Translations under genes and position numbers: made by a program
DNA from: Paramecium tetraurelia
Taxonomy: Eukaryota
Direction: 5' to 3'
Assembly (NCBI GenBank): GCA_000165425.1
Contig: CT868066.1
Coordinates: 1-64,000 of the forward strand
DNA: 64,000 bases
Part shown: positions 38,701-54,835 of the stretch, piece after piece
Position numbering within the stretch: position 1 is the first letter of the stretch
Layout of the letters: each line of letters begins with the position of its first letter
Notes under the pieces: generated by a model
What the model saw: only the letters and a program-made list of their open reading frames with translations
Told to the model about the DNA's origin: nothing
The model's database searches: none

Positions 38701-41700
38701 CATCCAACTAAGTGGATAATACAGTCTGTAATATTCGATTATAGATGGTAACTCATTTAATTGATATTTGATTTCTAATTGAATATTTTTGAAGGTTTAA
38801 GTAATCTTATTTATTTTAGTTGTCTTTACACTCAATACTATCCCAGATAATATCTACTTTATTATTGGATCTATTTCTTCTTCGGTCTTAAACAATTTCA
38901 ATATATATTTCTGGATATTTATCACCAAATTATCCTTTCTTCTTTTCTAATTATGTATTTAGATCGGTTTGATCTTATTATTTATTTCAATCTGATCATC
39001 CTCTTTGTATAGGGTAGTATGAACATAAATGGAATGAAATTGAGTTAGAGTCTTCTAAAAACAAAAAAACAATAGTTGCAATGATAATATAAATAAGAAT
39101 GATTCAAAAGATATAATGTATTAGAAGAGATCAAACATATTATAAGCAAAGTAGTCCAAGTAACCAATAGTACAGAAAGCAAAATAAGAAATAGGCAATA
39201 TCATATATTAGTACAAACTAGCATGAGTTAATTATTTTGTTAAGTCCAATAACAATATGATAACAAACATCTGGATCGATTTCATCTCCTCATCAAAGGT
39301 TTTCCCATTGTTGTTCCTTATATCCATAGTACTAATCATGATTGCTATAATTAAGGCTTCAGATGCTGAATAGAGTATTACCTTGTAAAAGAATAGCCAG
39401 TATCTCATCTGTCTAAAATCTAGTTGATTTTGATTAAAGAAATAGACGAGTTAATTTTTGATGTTGGTGGCTTTCTCCCTTTTTGGAGTCATCCTCTGAA
39501 TGTATAACAAGAGACTTGGAATGATATATAAAAAGCTTTGAAAGTAATCTAAAGGAGGATAATAGGTGATGCCTTTGAATAGAATCTAAAAAAACAATGT
39601 AAAACAGAGCAGATAACTTCGATAGAACGAGAAGGTTATGATATTCTCCAACAACTCTGCTGACTGTCTACTTTCAGATAAAACTGTGCATATTAAATTT
39701 GGATAATCTTTAACAACGATATCTGTTGTGCCAACATAAGGTATATTATTATACTAATACTCTATTTTAACGGGAATACTTACTTTTGAAATCCTTTATT
39801 GCAGGCTTAAACGTGATCTAATGGAGTTTGATACTTTTTGAATCCTTTTTAGTTCTCTGCAATTGCTCCATCTTTTCAACGGCAACCTACTGATAAAGTC
39901 TTTGACTCTATAACTAAATAGCAAAATCAGAGTATGCCATCAATCTACTATCATTGTTATCATCCCCAATTACTAAGACTCTTCTTCTCCAAACCTATTT
40001 TTCTTAGAGGATCTTAACTAGTATTGCCTTTTGAGTCTTCGTCATCCTATAACCTACGACTGACGTGGAGAATGCAACGATAAAACACAAATGATTGAAC
40101 ATTGAATTATCTTATGATATTTTATCCAAAGTCTCTCCATGAATCAGAATAGAAAACGGTTTAATTCTTTATTGAGAACTCTATAGTCCAGGCAGGAATC
40201 CTTTGGCACTCTATCTACGGCCACTTGTGTGGATAGATTTGCGTTTCTGACTTGGACTCATCGCTAAGCGATCAGATAATCGTTTTTCTAGAATTGTTGA
40301 ATCCTCCTTCAAATGCTTTATTTGATTGTTATATAACCATTAGATTTATTATTTGATCTATAGAGTGGCATCTTGGGAATCAAAATGGATTATAGGTATC
40401 AAGTCCTTCAAAATTTCTGTTTTATAGGCAATGGGCAAAACTTTATCTAAGGAATCTCCACTGGCAATCCAAATGATCATATCTGCAGCAAGGAAATTTT
40501 TAATGACTGTGGTAATAGACTTTCTTAATTTCTCCTTGATTCCTATAACGAGACTCAATTCATAGGCTCTTGGCTATGTTTTCAATTCTTACAAAGGGTT
40601 TTTTAAGAATTGCTAATATTAAGTGTTGTCCATAAAGGATTTAAAGAATACTACTGGTCTGCATCCATTCATATAGAGTTTATAGATCATGTTGTCCCAT
40701 TTCTCCCTCTCCTCCTTATTCATTAATATCTAATCACTCATCTCTTGACTATCATCTCTGATAAATTAAACATAATCATATGCTTAATCGATATCTTCAA
40801 AAAATCTTCTGTAATCTTATTTTGTTAGTATCACACTTACTTTATAATGTTCCAATTGAGTTACAGTAACAGGTACTTCTGTCAGTCTGCCATTGATTTC
40901 AACAATGTATTTACTCTTATTTACTGCTGAGCATATGAATCTGTAATTGAAATGAGAGATGAATTCTAATTGTAGATTATCTATTTTTGATGAAAATTCA
41001 TGTTTGAATGTATCTTCAGATTTATTGTAGGTGGATTAGGTGTTGTGACATATCATTAGTATCAAGATAGCTTCTTCTGTTTATTTTCTACTTTCACTAG
41101 TAATCAATTTATTCAGAAAGTCCTTCTCATCCAAACTTCTCAGATCTTCATTGTTCTTATTTAAAGCATCTTCCGACAGGAATTTAGTGAAATTCATTGA
41201 TCTTTCAGCTCCAAACCTCTTCTGTTTTTCAGATCTATCCATTTTGATACTGTGCTTAGCTCTGATAGTGATTCCAGATATCAGAGTAGATTTCTTCATA
41301 TCTTTGGGACTTTGTTGTTGTTGCTGATTGCTATTCAAAGATTGTTATTGATTGCTGATTTATTACTATTGATTGTTGATATTATTGTTGCTACTTTACT
41401 ATTAGATGCTATTGATATTCATATTGCTATTTTGCTGCTATTATTATAAATATTATTAGACTCCACTTCCTTATCCATAATTGTTGATATCTGTGTTTGA
41501 TCCCCATGAATCCTGAAATATTTTAGGTTGTTTACTTCGATGTATGTCTCTCAATTTGAAGTTATCATCGATTATTTCTTCAGGGTCAAAATTAGCTTAG
41601 TCGTTGTTGTTGGTATCACAATTTTCCTGATTGGAGGGTACCTGCAATTCCTCTTATTAAACAGGCCTGATTGATGGGTGTTTGGAGATGCGTTTCATTT

Positions 41701-43367
41701 GTTTGGGTTTTGGAGAGATCCTCACTTGAGAGGCCTCCTTTTATTGAGATTGGGATTCCTTCATCAAGAATTGTTGGAGTTCCTGGTTGTCCTGCTGTTG
41801 TTGTTGGTAGGTTTTCCACTCATACAAATCATCAAATGTTTTGTGTTTGATGGAGAACAATTGATCATTGAAATGAATCATCTTCAACTTGAAAGAAGGA
41901 ATGGTCATTGTACCAGTCTTATCAAATATCACACTGTCTATTAAACTTAGATCAGCTAGAGGGGAGTCATTGATTCTCTGATAGTTGGATGACAATTGCA
42001 AAGGAGTGGAGTCGCAGGTCTTTGGAGTGGGTTGAGTTGAATGCTTTTGGAATTAGTACTATTTAAATATCATTGTACATAAAGTCATGAAATCAAACAT
42101 AAAGTGTAAATAGTAGGGGATCATATTAAGATATCCCAAAAGATACTTACACAAGGTTTGAAGACTCCATGATCGACCATAAGCCATAAACCTTAATGAT
42201 TCCGTCATCCAAGAGGCAAAGGAGAGGACAATCAAGAGGACTAGAGTGAATTAAAAGAACCTGTCAACTTTGGTGTAAAAGAAAGAGTGATTCACTCTTG
42301 TCTTGGGCTAATTGTAGTAGTAGCGACAACTCAATCCAGCAAAGAGGACCAATCCGTAGATGTAATCGCAATTCAATAGGAGTTGTTCTCTGAAGAGGAT
42401 GTTCTCTTTTTTAATGTCAATGGCTTGAGGATCGTTTTTGAGTCTCACAAAGCCTGAATATAAGGATTTGTCGTTGTTGTTCCTATCATAATTGACTTTA
42501 CCACTTAGTAAAAGTCGATACTCAAAGGAGTTATTCTTAAATTGATGCATTCTGGACATGCTGGTTAAGATGTTGGGTGATTTGTATATCTGATTGGTAT
42601 TACCAGTGAAGTTGGCAACATCAACATTGCAATGATCTGAATTGGATTCCAAAATCAATAGATCTGCTGGAGAGATCTCATTTCTTTACAATACAACTAT
42701 GTCACCCACTTCCACTTCATCCCAACAGACTGTTTCAAATATCTATACTTTCTGTTCCGGTCTTGGAGTTGATTAGACCTTCTTTTCATCTCTGAACGAC
42801 GAAATTATCATCGGTTTGTATACGTCTTATTTGCGTGGAGCCGAAAAGAGGATGATATCATTGTTGTTAGGGTGTTTTGTGTCCTCGTGAACGATAGTCT
42901 TATTTGTTGAGTTGATTCTCTTTAACCTTTTGAATATGGTCACTCTTCTCTTGTTGATTTGTTTGTCTTGTTGATGTTTGATCATTGAATAATAGAGCAT
43001 CTTTATTAAGTACATGGCAATACCCACCAATAAGGGAATGACAAATTGATAGAATAGTGAAAAGTCCTCGCCCTTCAAATCGATGATCGATAGACAAACT
43101 ATGTTGGTTATGATGAATATCCAGTTCCCTGGACGGTTGGCATACTCTCCCAGTATTTGTGAGTAGGAGAGATACGAATGAATTCCATTGTGCAATTCAG
43201 CAGATGCTATTCCTTTCAAATTCACTGATTCCCCCATCTCGAATTCTATCTACACTATCATATAGCTTTTCTACCTGCCTTGAATAGAGCTCTTCCGATC
43301 TACGTATCATCTTGGTCACATACTTCTTATTAATGTACTCGTATAGAGCCAAAGCAACTTTTTACAT
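35776..43367 (-). CDS. Alveolate-type bifunctional P-type-ATPase-like / guanylyl cyclase (~2450-2500 aa)
   Basis: P4-ATPase-like half: VGDIVVL...PADLLILES, VIFDKTGTMT, WIASGDS, VIGDDNND, TM helices. Cyclase half with two TM blocks: C1a LFCDI..KIETVGKTYMAAAG..GVIGYHKPQFSLIGDTVNTTSR; C2a LFADIAGFT..KLYTIGDCYVVMG..MRIGIHTG..GVLGTEIVRYDIYGPDVLIANKMES. Confidence 0.95.
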
Positions 43368-43640
43368 TTAATAATAATAACTTAAATATTTTTCATCGTA
43401 TTTTCACATTTTTAACTCCCCTCCCTTCCATTCTCTCCATTCAAATTCCACCCAATCCACCCCATTTTATGCACCACTCTCCCCAACTGACCCACTGTGC
43501 TTGTTATAAGGATACCACAGTGGATATCCATTTCCAACGTCATAAATTAAAAGCAAACCAAATAATATGAATAAGCAGATCTAAGATGTTTATGGAAAAT
43601 TAATAAAATCTTTTTATCTATCCAAAACACTAGCATAAAT

Positions 43641-45076
43641 ATGAAAAACAGCCAGAAATTGGGAGGCAATCAAAAAATTCAACAAATCTATAACCACGAG
43701 GAGATGCTTGAATAAGAAGAGATGTCAAAATAACTTAAAGATCAGCTATCACTCATATTAAACACCTCAAACGAACAGATCACCGTCAAGGAAGCACTTG
43801 AAGCAATTAAATCCGAGAATCTTCTCGAAACTCATAAAGCATTAATTTAACTCAGAAAGACCTTGTCTGTATTATTGTTTCAATAATTTAATAAGAATTT
43901 TGATTAAGCAGAACTATTTACTAATGAACTTGTACCACTCCTATTCTACTTAATCCAATTCGGAAGCACATACATCATCAAATTAGAAGCTACATGTTAA
44001 ATTAATTATATATATTAGAAATCATCTCCATTTTTGCAGGGGGCAAAAGTGAAATTTCAAGAATAATCTTTGAAAATGGCATTCTTCAATTGGCTTTGTC
44101 CATCCTCTAGAATGAAAACCCAGAATTGTCAATCCTCATAGTAGTCATACTGGGTAAATTGGCAGGAGAATCAATCCAATACAGAGATTGCATACTCCAA
44201 GTCTGTAATTTAGAGGCAATCATACAGAAAATGGAACTCAAATACGAAGCAACCTACGTCTGGTGTCTCGCCAATATGTGTATTGGAAGACCCAGTCCAA
44301 AATTCGAATTGATAAGACCAGCCTTCAACATATTCATGAAAGTCATCATGTATGAACCTACACCAATTAATATCAAGATGATCAACGATGCAATCTGGGC
44401 ACTTGGATACATGCTCGATGGAGAACCTACTAGAATTAACATCCTAATTGAATAAGGCATCATCAAAAGATTAATGGAATTGATGCATCAATGCAATTTT
44501 GTCTCCATCTTGAGAATTTTTGAATGCATATTCCAAGGCAATCAAGAATAGATCCGCTACTTATTGGAATGTGGATTCTTATCCGAAATCAGGAACATTC
44601 TGGATCCCAAAAGTCGAGAAAAGAGTGGCAACATGATCTAAACATTTGCAGCTACTGAAACCTTATTCAAAGTGTTGTCCAATCAGAATTTCTTAATATC
44701 TCTGTTTCGATCTTTATCGGATGAGAATTCAGAAATCAGAGGAGATGCTTTAGAGATGATCGGAAATGCAGTATAACATGGGACTAATGAAGATGTAAAT
44801 CAGATGGTCAAGAACAAACTCATTCAGAGTGTTTTAGGGATGCTGGAGTTAGCTTAGGACAGAGATATACCTTCTCATCATCTTAAGAAAGGACTAGAGA
44901 TACTCATAAGAATACTGCGGAAGGGGGAAATCAGATCAAAGGATAGACAGGACAATCAGTATTTTACCGTATTCATGTAGATTGATGGAAAAGATGTAAT
45001 ATAAAAGCTACTATCCTTTAAATAGGATGACGTTGCGAAATATGCTTACATCTTTAAATAGGAATTCACCTTATGA
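43641..45076 (+). CDS. Divergent importin-alpha-like armadillo-repeat protein
   Basis: ALIQLRKTLS, KLEAT|QIISIFAGGKSE, ILGKLAGESIQYRDCIL, YVWCLANMCIGRPSP, DAIWALGYMLDG, EIRGDALEMIGNAVQHG; two introns. Confidence 0.85.
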
Positions 45077-45119
45077 ATACATAAAAATTATAAAATTATA
45101 TCCAATTTTTCCTCCAAGA

Positions 45120-46676
45120 ATGCTTGCACTTTTTATGCTGATTCCATTGGTTGTAAGGGCCATCCTCCAATACACCGTCAACTATGGAGAGGTCAAAACA
45201 CTCTTCAATATTAACGATGCCTTGGAGGCTGAATTGATTTTGTTAGAGTACTCATTCCTCATAACTCTCTAGTCCAACCGAAGAAGCTTAGTGTTCTCTC
45301 CTCAGTCCCACTATTCAGTTCCAAGAGGAAACCATTCACCTGTTGTCAGAATACACCGATACAGATACTGATGATTTGCTCATAGATATGATTACTACAA
45401 ACGAAGAAACTCAAATAGGCCTCACTGCAAGTTCCAACCTATTCTACTTCTATAATTCAACCAATACAACCACTCTATATAAACTAAGCATCAACTTTGA
45501 TTAGGAAATATTACCTTAATTGCTATATTCGCCTTAATAATTAATTATTATATATCCCAAGATCGCATATTCAGTAGATATCTAATAAGGAAGTGTGTGG
45601 AAATTGGTTCCCACTCTCCAAGGTAGAACTAATCGTTATTACTCAAAAATAATCAACTCCTATTTGATATCTGCAGTTGGAAGTGATGGCTTGGATATTT
45701 ATCGCAATCTCACACTATTGGAATCACTAAATACAGGGTCCATTGGACTCCAAAGCATTGATTTCAGAGACTTTGCTGTGTATCAGTTAAATGAGAGAAA
45801 ATTCCTCATTTTTATCCTATGCAAAATCAATGGGGTTGTAGTTGTGGAGGTGTCCTTCCTTAGAGAATAGGTAGCCTTTAAAGTACTACTAAAACAGATT
45901 GGCCCCAGATCTGATGGAATTGTGATTGACATTTGGGATCAATCGAATGTCTTTGTGGCTTACAAAAGCAGCCATTATCATTATTTGGTTCACTACAATA
46001 TTGAACCTTACAATAAGAAGTGGAGTTCCATTGCCAAATACAACATATCTAATCGAATCATAGACATCGATGTAAATGAAAACTATGTTTTGGTTTAGGG
46101 AACTTACAATCATCATTTTATTTAGTATAAGAAATAGCAGAACAGTGTCTCATTTCGCTTGGGCTCAGTCAAACAGTTCGTATCATCATAGAATTATATT
46201 TATGGCACTACATCTAACTACTTATTCAAATTTCGTCCTCTAATATAACCATATTCAATCAAATGCTATATCGAGTGTAAATTAATTCAATAGAAATTTT
46301 AGCTGATCAACAATTCATTCGATAAAAATATAAATTACTTTATAAGACACAACTAAATTGGCAATCGACAGAATTTGAAGTTCTCTTCAATCAAATGCCA
46401 TTTTCGATATCATCAAATTTGATAATTTTGATTATCATATTTTCAATCATCATACTCCTTGCGATTCTCGCAGCCTATCAATATAAACAATATCAACACA
46501 GGAATAATGAAAAAGTCAACTTGGAATAGAGAATCTAATATTTACCTCAAAACAGAGCTTCAAAATTATTGATGCCTCATACTTTTAGAACTAACTAACA
46601 ACATGTAGAATAAAAAATGAATACAATGAATTTCACAGATGAAACTATCTATCCGAAAGATAAGAAGATATTTTGA
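45120..46676 (+). CDS. Hypothetical type I membrane protein (signal peptide, beta-rich ectodomain, one C-terminal TM)
   Basis: N-terminus MLALFMLIPLVVRA; TM ILIIIFSIIILLAILAAY followed by QYKQY; short cytosolic tail ending YPKDKKIF*. Confidence 0.7.
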
Positions 46677-46945
46677 ATATACATCAAGATATTGAACTTA
46701 AATACAAATGTTATTTTTCTGATAGCAATCAAATAAGCTATAATTAATTATTATATATTTCATTACACTATCTTAAATTCTACTTCAAAAGATCCTATAA
46801 AAATTAAGTATAAATTTATATTCTATGAACGATGGGTTCAATTAGTTTAACAGATTTAATCAATTACGAATTGATTGGGGCTAATTTTGATTAAAGTGAA
46901 TTATAAAATTAGATATTAATATTACATTTTATAATTATTATAACA

Positions 46946-49557
46946 ATGTTGCCTGGAGAATATAAATATTTGAGCATTATAGCGAGAACCTGGAATGAAG
47001 TCTATATGGCTGAAAATGTAATATCGAAACAAAAATGCTGCATCAAACAAGTTTTGATTGATTCCTCGTTAAAAGAACGGTTTTCATTAGAAATTTAGAT
47101 TCTGCAAAAAATAAAGACAAGTCCTCATCCTAATATTATTGCATTTGAAGATAGCTTCTACTATGAGAAGGTTACAACATAGGACAAAGTAAGAATTTGC
47201 CATTTTAATGCAGTCTATCACTTTTGGGTGTATTGTGATGGAATTGGGAATCACTAATTTATCTCAATACATTAAGTCTAAGAAGCAGTCTGATCCTGAT
47301 TTTAAATTCAAAGAGTAAGATGTGGCAAATTTTTATGTCTCCATGATCAAGGCACATACACATCTTTAAGAGATGAAGATTGCTCATAGAGACATTAAAC
47401 CTGAAAATATTATACTCGTAAATGACGAGAACTTGATCTTTAAAGTTTGCGATGTAATCATATTATTATACCAAGCAAGGTGGGTTTTGGTACAGAAATT
47501 ATTGATGAAGAATCGAGATCTCGTACTATTGGAGGGACCATCGGATATCAATCTCCAGAAATCTATGCAGCATTTAAGAGAAGAAAACCTTAAGCTAAGT
47601 ACAACCCATATAAGAGCGATGTTTTCTCGTTGGGGTTGGTATTTCTTTTGTTTGCCACCACACAAGTAATCAGTAAATAGGTAAATGATGAGCCTTAAAT
47701 TTATTAGCAAAGAGAGGAGTTATTTGACGACGAGAGGAAGTTGACTAATTATTTGAAGGTGTTGAGGAGAAAGATTAAGGAGACTTATCCTCGGATCAAG
47801 GGGATATCAAAGATTCTAAAACTAATGTTGGAAGTGTCACCAGATGAACGATATGACTTCATCTAATTGAATGAAATAATTCATGAGAGATCGTATCTCG
47901 AAGTAAAATAGGTAAGATTTGGAATGCTATTGATTAGCCTGCCAAGATCAATCACCAGCATTTACAGTCAATAACTCAATTTGAGAAGTTTTAATTAGAT
48001 ATTTAGAATCAGGAGGATGTGTAATTAGATTTGAATGGGATGCAGAATAAATCGCAGGAGGAGTAGCTGAAGGTTCTGGAGGCTATTGCTCAATAAGTGA
48101 AAAACTTTTAGATGGTCACTTTGCAAATAAAATTGGAGATGAGTAATTTAAGTGTAAAAACTGTGGCTCCATTGGAGAAGATCTTGAGCAGGGCTTTGAA
48201 TTTGAAGGAGTTATCATTGCAATTTTGGAAGTATTGAAATATGTCTAACGTCAAAGTAACAGATTAGGGAATTTGGGTTTGTTGATGTTGTCAAAGGCAA
48301 TAATGAAGATGGTGGGTCTGAAGAGGTTAAACTTAGAAGTGTCGAGCAATATGCTCTCAGATGAAGGGATAAATAATTCATTGCCTCTTCTGGAGAATTT
48401 GGTATAAATGGAAGAACTGCGTTTGGATTTTGGATTGTATAAGTATGTTAATAAATGAAGAAACCATCTTCCTATTGAATGTTGTGAAGCCTTTTTTACA
48501 GTGATTTGTGCAATGCCAAAGTTGAAGAAGTTGGACCTGAATTTGGAGAGCAATTACATGAATCAATTGTTGTCAAGGATGGTCAATCAATCGCTTAAGA
48601 AATTGCCGAATTTGAGTCATTTGGTCATCAACTTTTCAAAGTAAGAGACATCATCTATGGATTAGCAACCCATTACAAAATGAGGGATTTTATGAATTGG
48701 GAGAGGGTATATAGGGGTTGGAGTATTGTGAGTTGATTTTGTGGAGTTGTTAAATAAAGGATTTGGGTATGGAGGAGTTTGCGAAGGAGTTGTCGAAATG
48801 TCAGAAGTTGAAACAATTGAATTTGATATTGTGGAATAATTCGATTACGAAGAGAGGTTGCGAAGCTTTGGGATAGGCATTGTTGAAGTTGCCCAACCTT
48901 AGTGTGTTGGTGATTGACTTATCGAAGAATAGGATCGAAGATGATGGTGTAAGGTTTTTGGCAAAGGCAATTCATGAGATGAAGCAGTCTTTGAGGGAAC
49001 TGAAGCTTTGGATTGAAAGTATGATGGATTAATCATTATACAAGTGTTAATTGTACTTGTTATGGGTTGAGATATGTGAATAGATTTCTGACGAGTCAGA
49101 AGAAATTGCGGAGTATAAATTTGAACTTTAGATCCAATCAGATAGGATTGAATGGTATGGAGTTATTGTATAATTGTTTTGGAGAAGCAGGGCAATTGGT
49201 GGAAGTGAAGATGATTTTGGATCAGTATCATAACATTATATGTAGCAATCCATTAGGCGAGAAAGGAGTGGATACTTTATTTTAGGGATTGCAGAAGTTG
49301 AAAGAGTTGCAGAAGTTGATTTTGAGTTTGGAGAGCGTCAAGGGCACAGGGGGTTCGGTTACTGTGATGCTTCAGTCGATAAGGTCGTGGACAGGGTTGA
49401 AGGAGATGCACGTGAATTTCTTAAAGTAAAAATGCAGTTGTTGAATGTTAGAAATCAAACAGATTGGGGTGACGAATTGAATTTGAGAAACAGATTGTTG
49501 GAGGTGTAGTCGACAGCCAAGATTAACATTGAATTAAAGTTTATAAATTAATAGTGA
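46946..49557 (+). CDS. Ser/Thr protein kinase fused to RNI-like leucine-rich repeats
   Basis: CCIK, HPNII, HRDIKPENIIL, CD|VGFG, GTIGYQSPE, KSDVFSLG; then LxxLxLxL..N.I...G...L repeats (LKQLNLILWNNSITKRGCEALGQALLKLPNLSVLVIDLSKNRIEDDGVRFLAKAI). Confidence 0.88.
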
Positions 49558-49575
49558 TCATTTATAGTTTTAATA

Positions 49576-53256
<3,681 letters not shown>

Positions 53257-53349
53257 TGATTATTATTAACGATGATAATTTAATAATTATTTTTGAATTT
53301 TTTGGTTGTAATTTAATTATTTATAAAATTTGAATATAGAAGATTAGCG

Positions 53350-54418
53350 ATGGTTTTAAAAATATTTAAGTCATTATTAGTCAAGAACAGGACCTAAGAA
53401 TCAAGTGATATTTGACGGAGACAAGAAGAACTCGATCAGAACTTATAACGGTATCATTCTTGGTTGAGAATATAGATAATGTGAATAACAGACAAGGATT
53501 CAAAATAGGTTGGGACATAGATTAAACCAGAAAGGAGGATTATAAACTAGCAGGCAAGGTTGGTTAAGACCAGAGGAACAACAACAATGCTGCCTATTAA
53601 GGAAATGTCTATTAAGCCGAAGTATTCAATAATAATATCAGTAAAAATAAGACGACGACTATCTGAAGTAAATGTACTACCAGGAGATGCTCAAGAAGCA
53701 AGAGTAGGCTGGAGTCTAACACAAACAACCAGAACAGTATTATTAAGATTCACTTGACCAATATGGGAAACCATATGGATCTCATAATTATAACAATTAA
53801 GACAATCACAATTACTAGTAACCGTAACTATTGTAGCAATCCAACAAATATGATCATTATCAATAACCCAATGATGATGAGGCAATCTACTAAAAAGTAT
53901 GTCACATATTTCAAGGATTTAGTATAAACAAGGAAGCAGTGGCAACAAGGTCTATTCTGCTAAACCACCAATTTAACAATACAACCCAATCACTGGAATT
54001 GCTTATGGTGCTCAGAATACTCAGAATGCTTATAACGGAGATCCCAATTCGTATTAGAAAAATAATCCATATGAATAACCACAATAGGATGATGCTCTCA
54101 GCCAATTCAGTTAATGTATTGGATACAATGATTATCAATAGTGTAATAGCATAAAATCGCATCCATTAAAAACAAGAATTCTAACATTTTCAACGTCGAT
54201 CTCCAGGAGACTGAGAATATGAATAATGCACGTTAAAACAGCAGAGTTCTGAATCGCAAGAAGGAATTGGATGATGCTCAATACAAAGGTTATGGTAAGT
54301 AAGTATTGTAACCATAGGACAATTCTACAACAATCCTATTGAATAGGCTCCGAGTCAGTACAGGGAATAGAAGTTTGTCAACAGAAACAAGGTTGACAAT
54401 CGCATATTCCCAAAATGA
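53350..54418 (+). CDS. Hypothetical Q/N/Y-rich low-complexity protein, several introns
   Basis: ATG followed directly by an intron; exons such as DDYLKQMYYQEMLKKQEQAGVQHKQPEQYYQDSLDQYGKPY; ends DNRIFPK*. Confidence 0.6.
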
Positions 54419-54521
54419 TTATTTATATATATATATTAATATTTTATAAATAATTATTACACGTATATTGCAATTATATCACTTAAGTTATTATTGTGTG
54501 TGATTCAATAATTAAAATAAA

Positions 54522-54774
54522 ATGAGCCAAGAAACTCTCAATGGAATCAATGGAATCTTGTCTGATGTCTAAAGTTTCGGATAGGAAAGCTACAGATTCA
54601 TGAGAAAATGCACTAAACCAGATAAAAGAGGTATATCCCCTTAATATTCAAATTATAGAATACATCAAAATAGCAACATCATGTGCCATTGGATTTGCAG
54701 TTATGGGAGCTGTTGGATACTTCATCAAATTAGTCTTCATCCCAATTAACAATATTATTTTGAGTGCAAATTGA
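54522..54774 (+). CDS. SEC61G: Protein translocon Sec61 gamma subunit (SecE/Sss1)
   Basis: [74 protein letters not shown]; one 28-nt intron. Confidence 0.97.
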
Positions 54775-54835
54775 ATCAGCTTTACATATTAATCGATATT
54801 ATTAATATTTATTTAATGAACAAATTATAAAATGA

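Noticed and set aside
41252..41944. Leu-rich + strand ORFs (41252-41449, 41678-41944) that look like membrane peptides
   Set aside because: Antisense shadows of the Q/N-rich segment of the minus-strand guanylyl cyclase.
43416..43500. Internal telomeric repeat
   Set aside because: No tandem CCC(A/C)AA array, only scattered C runs.
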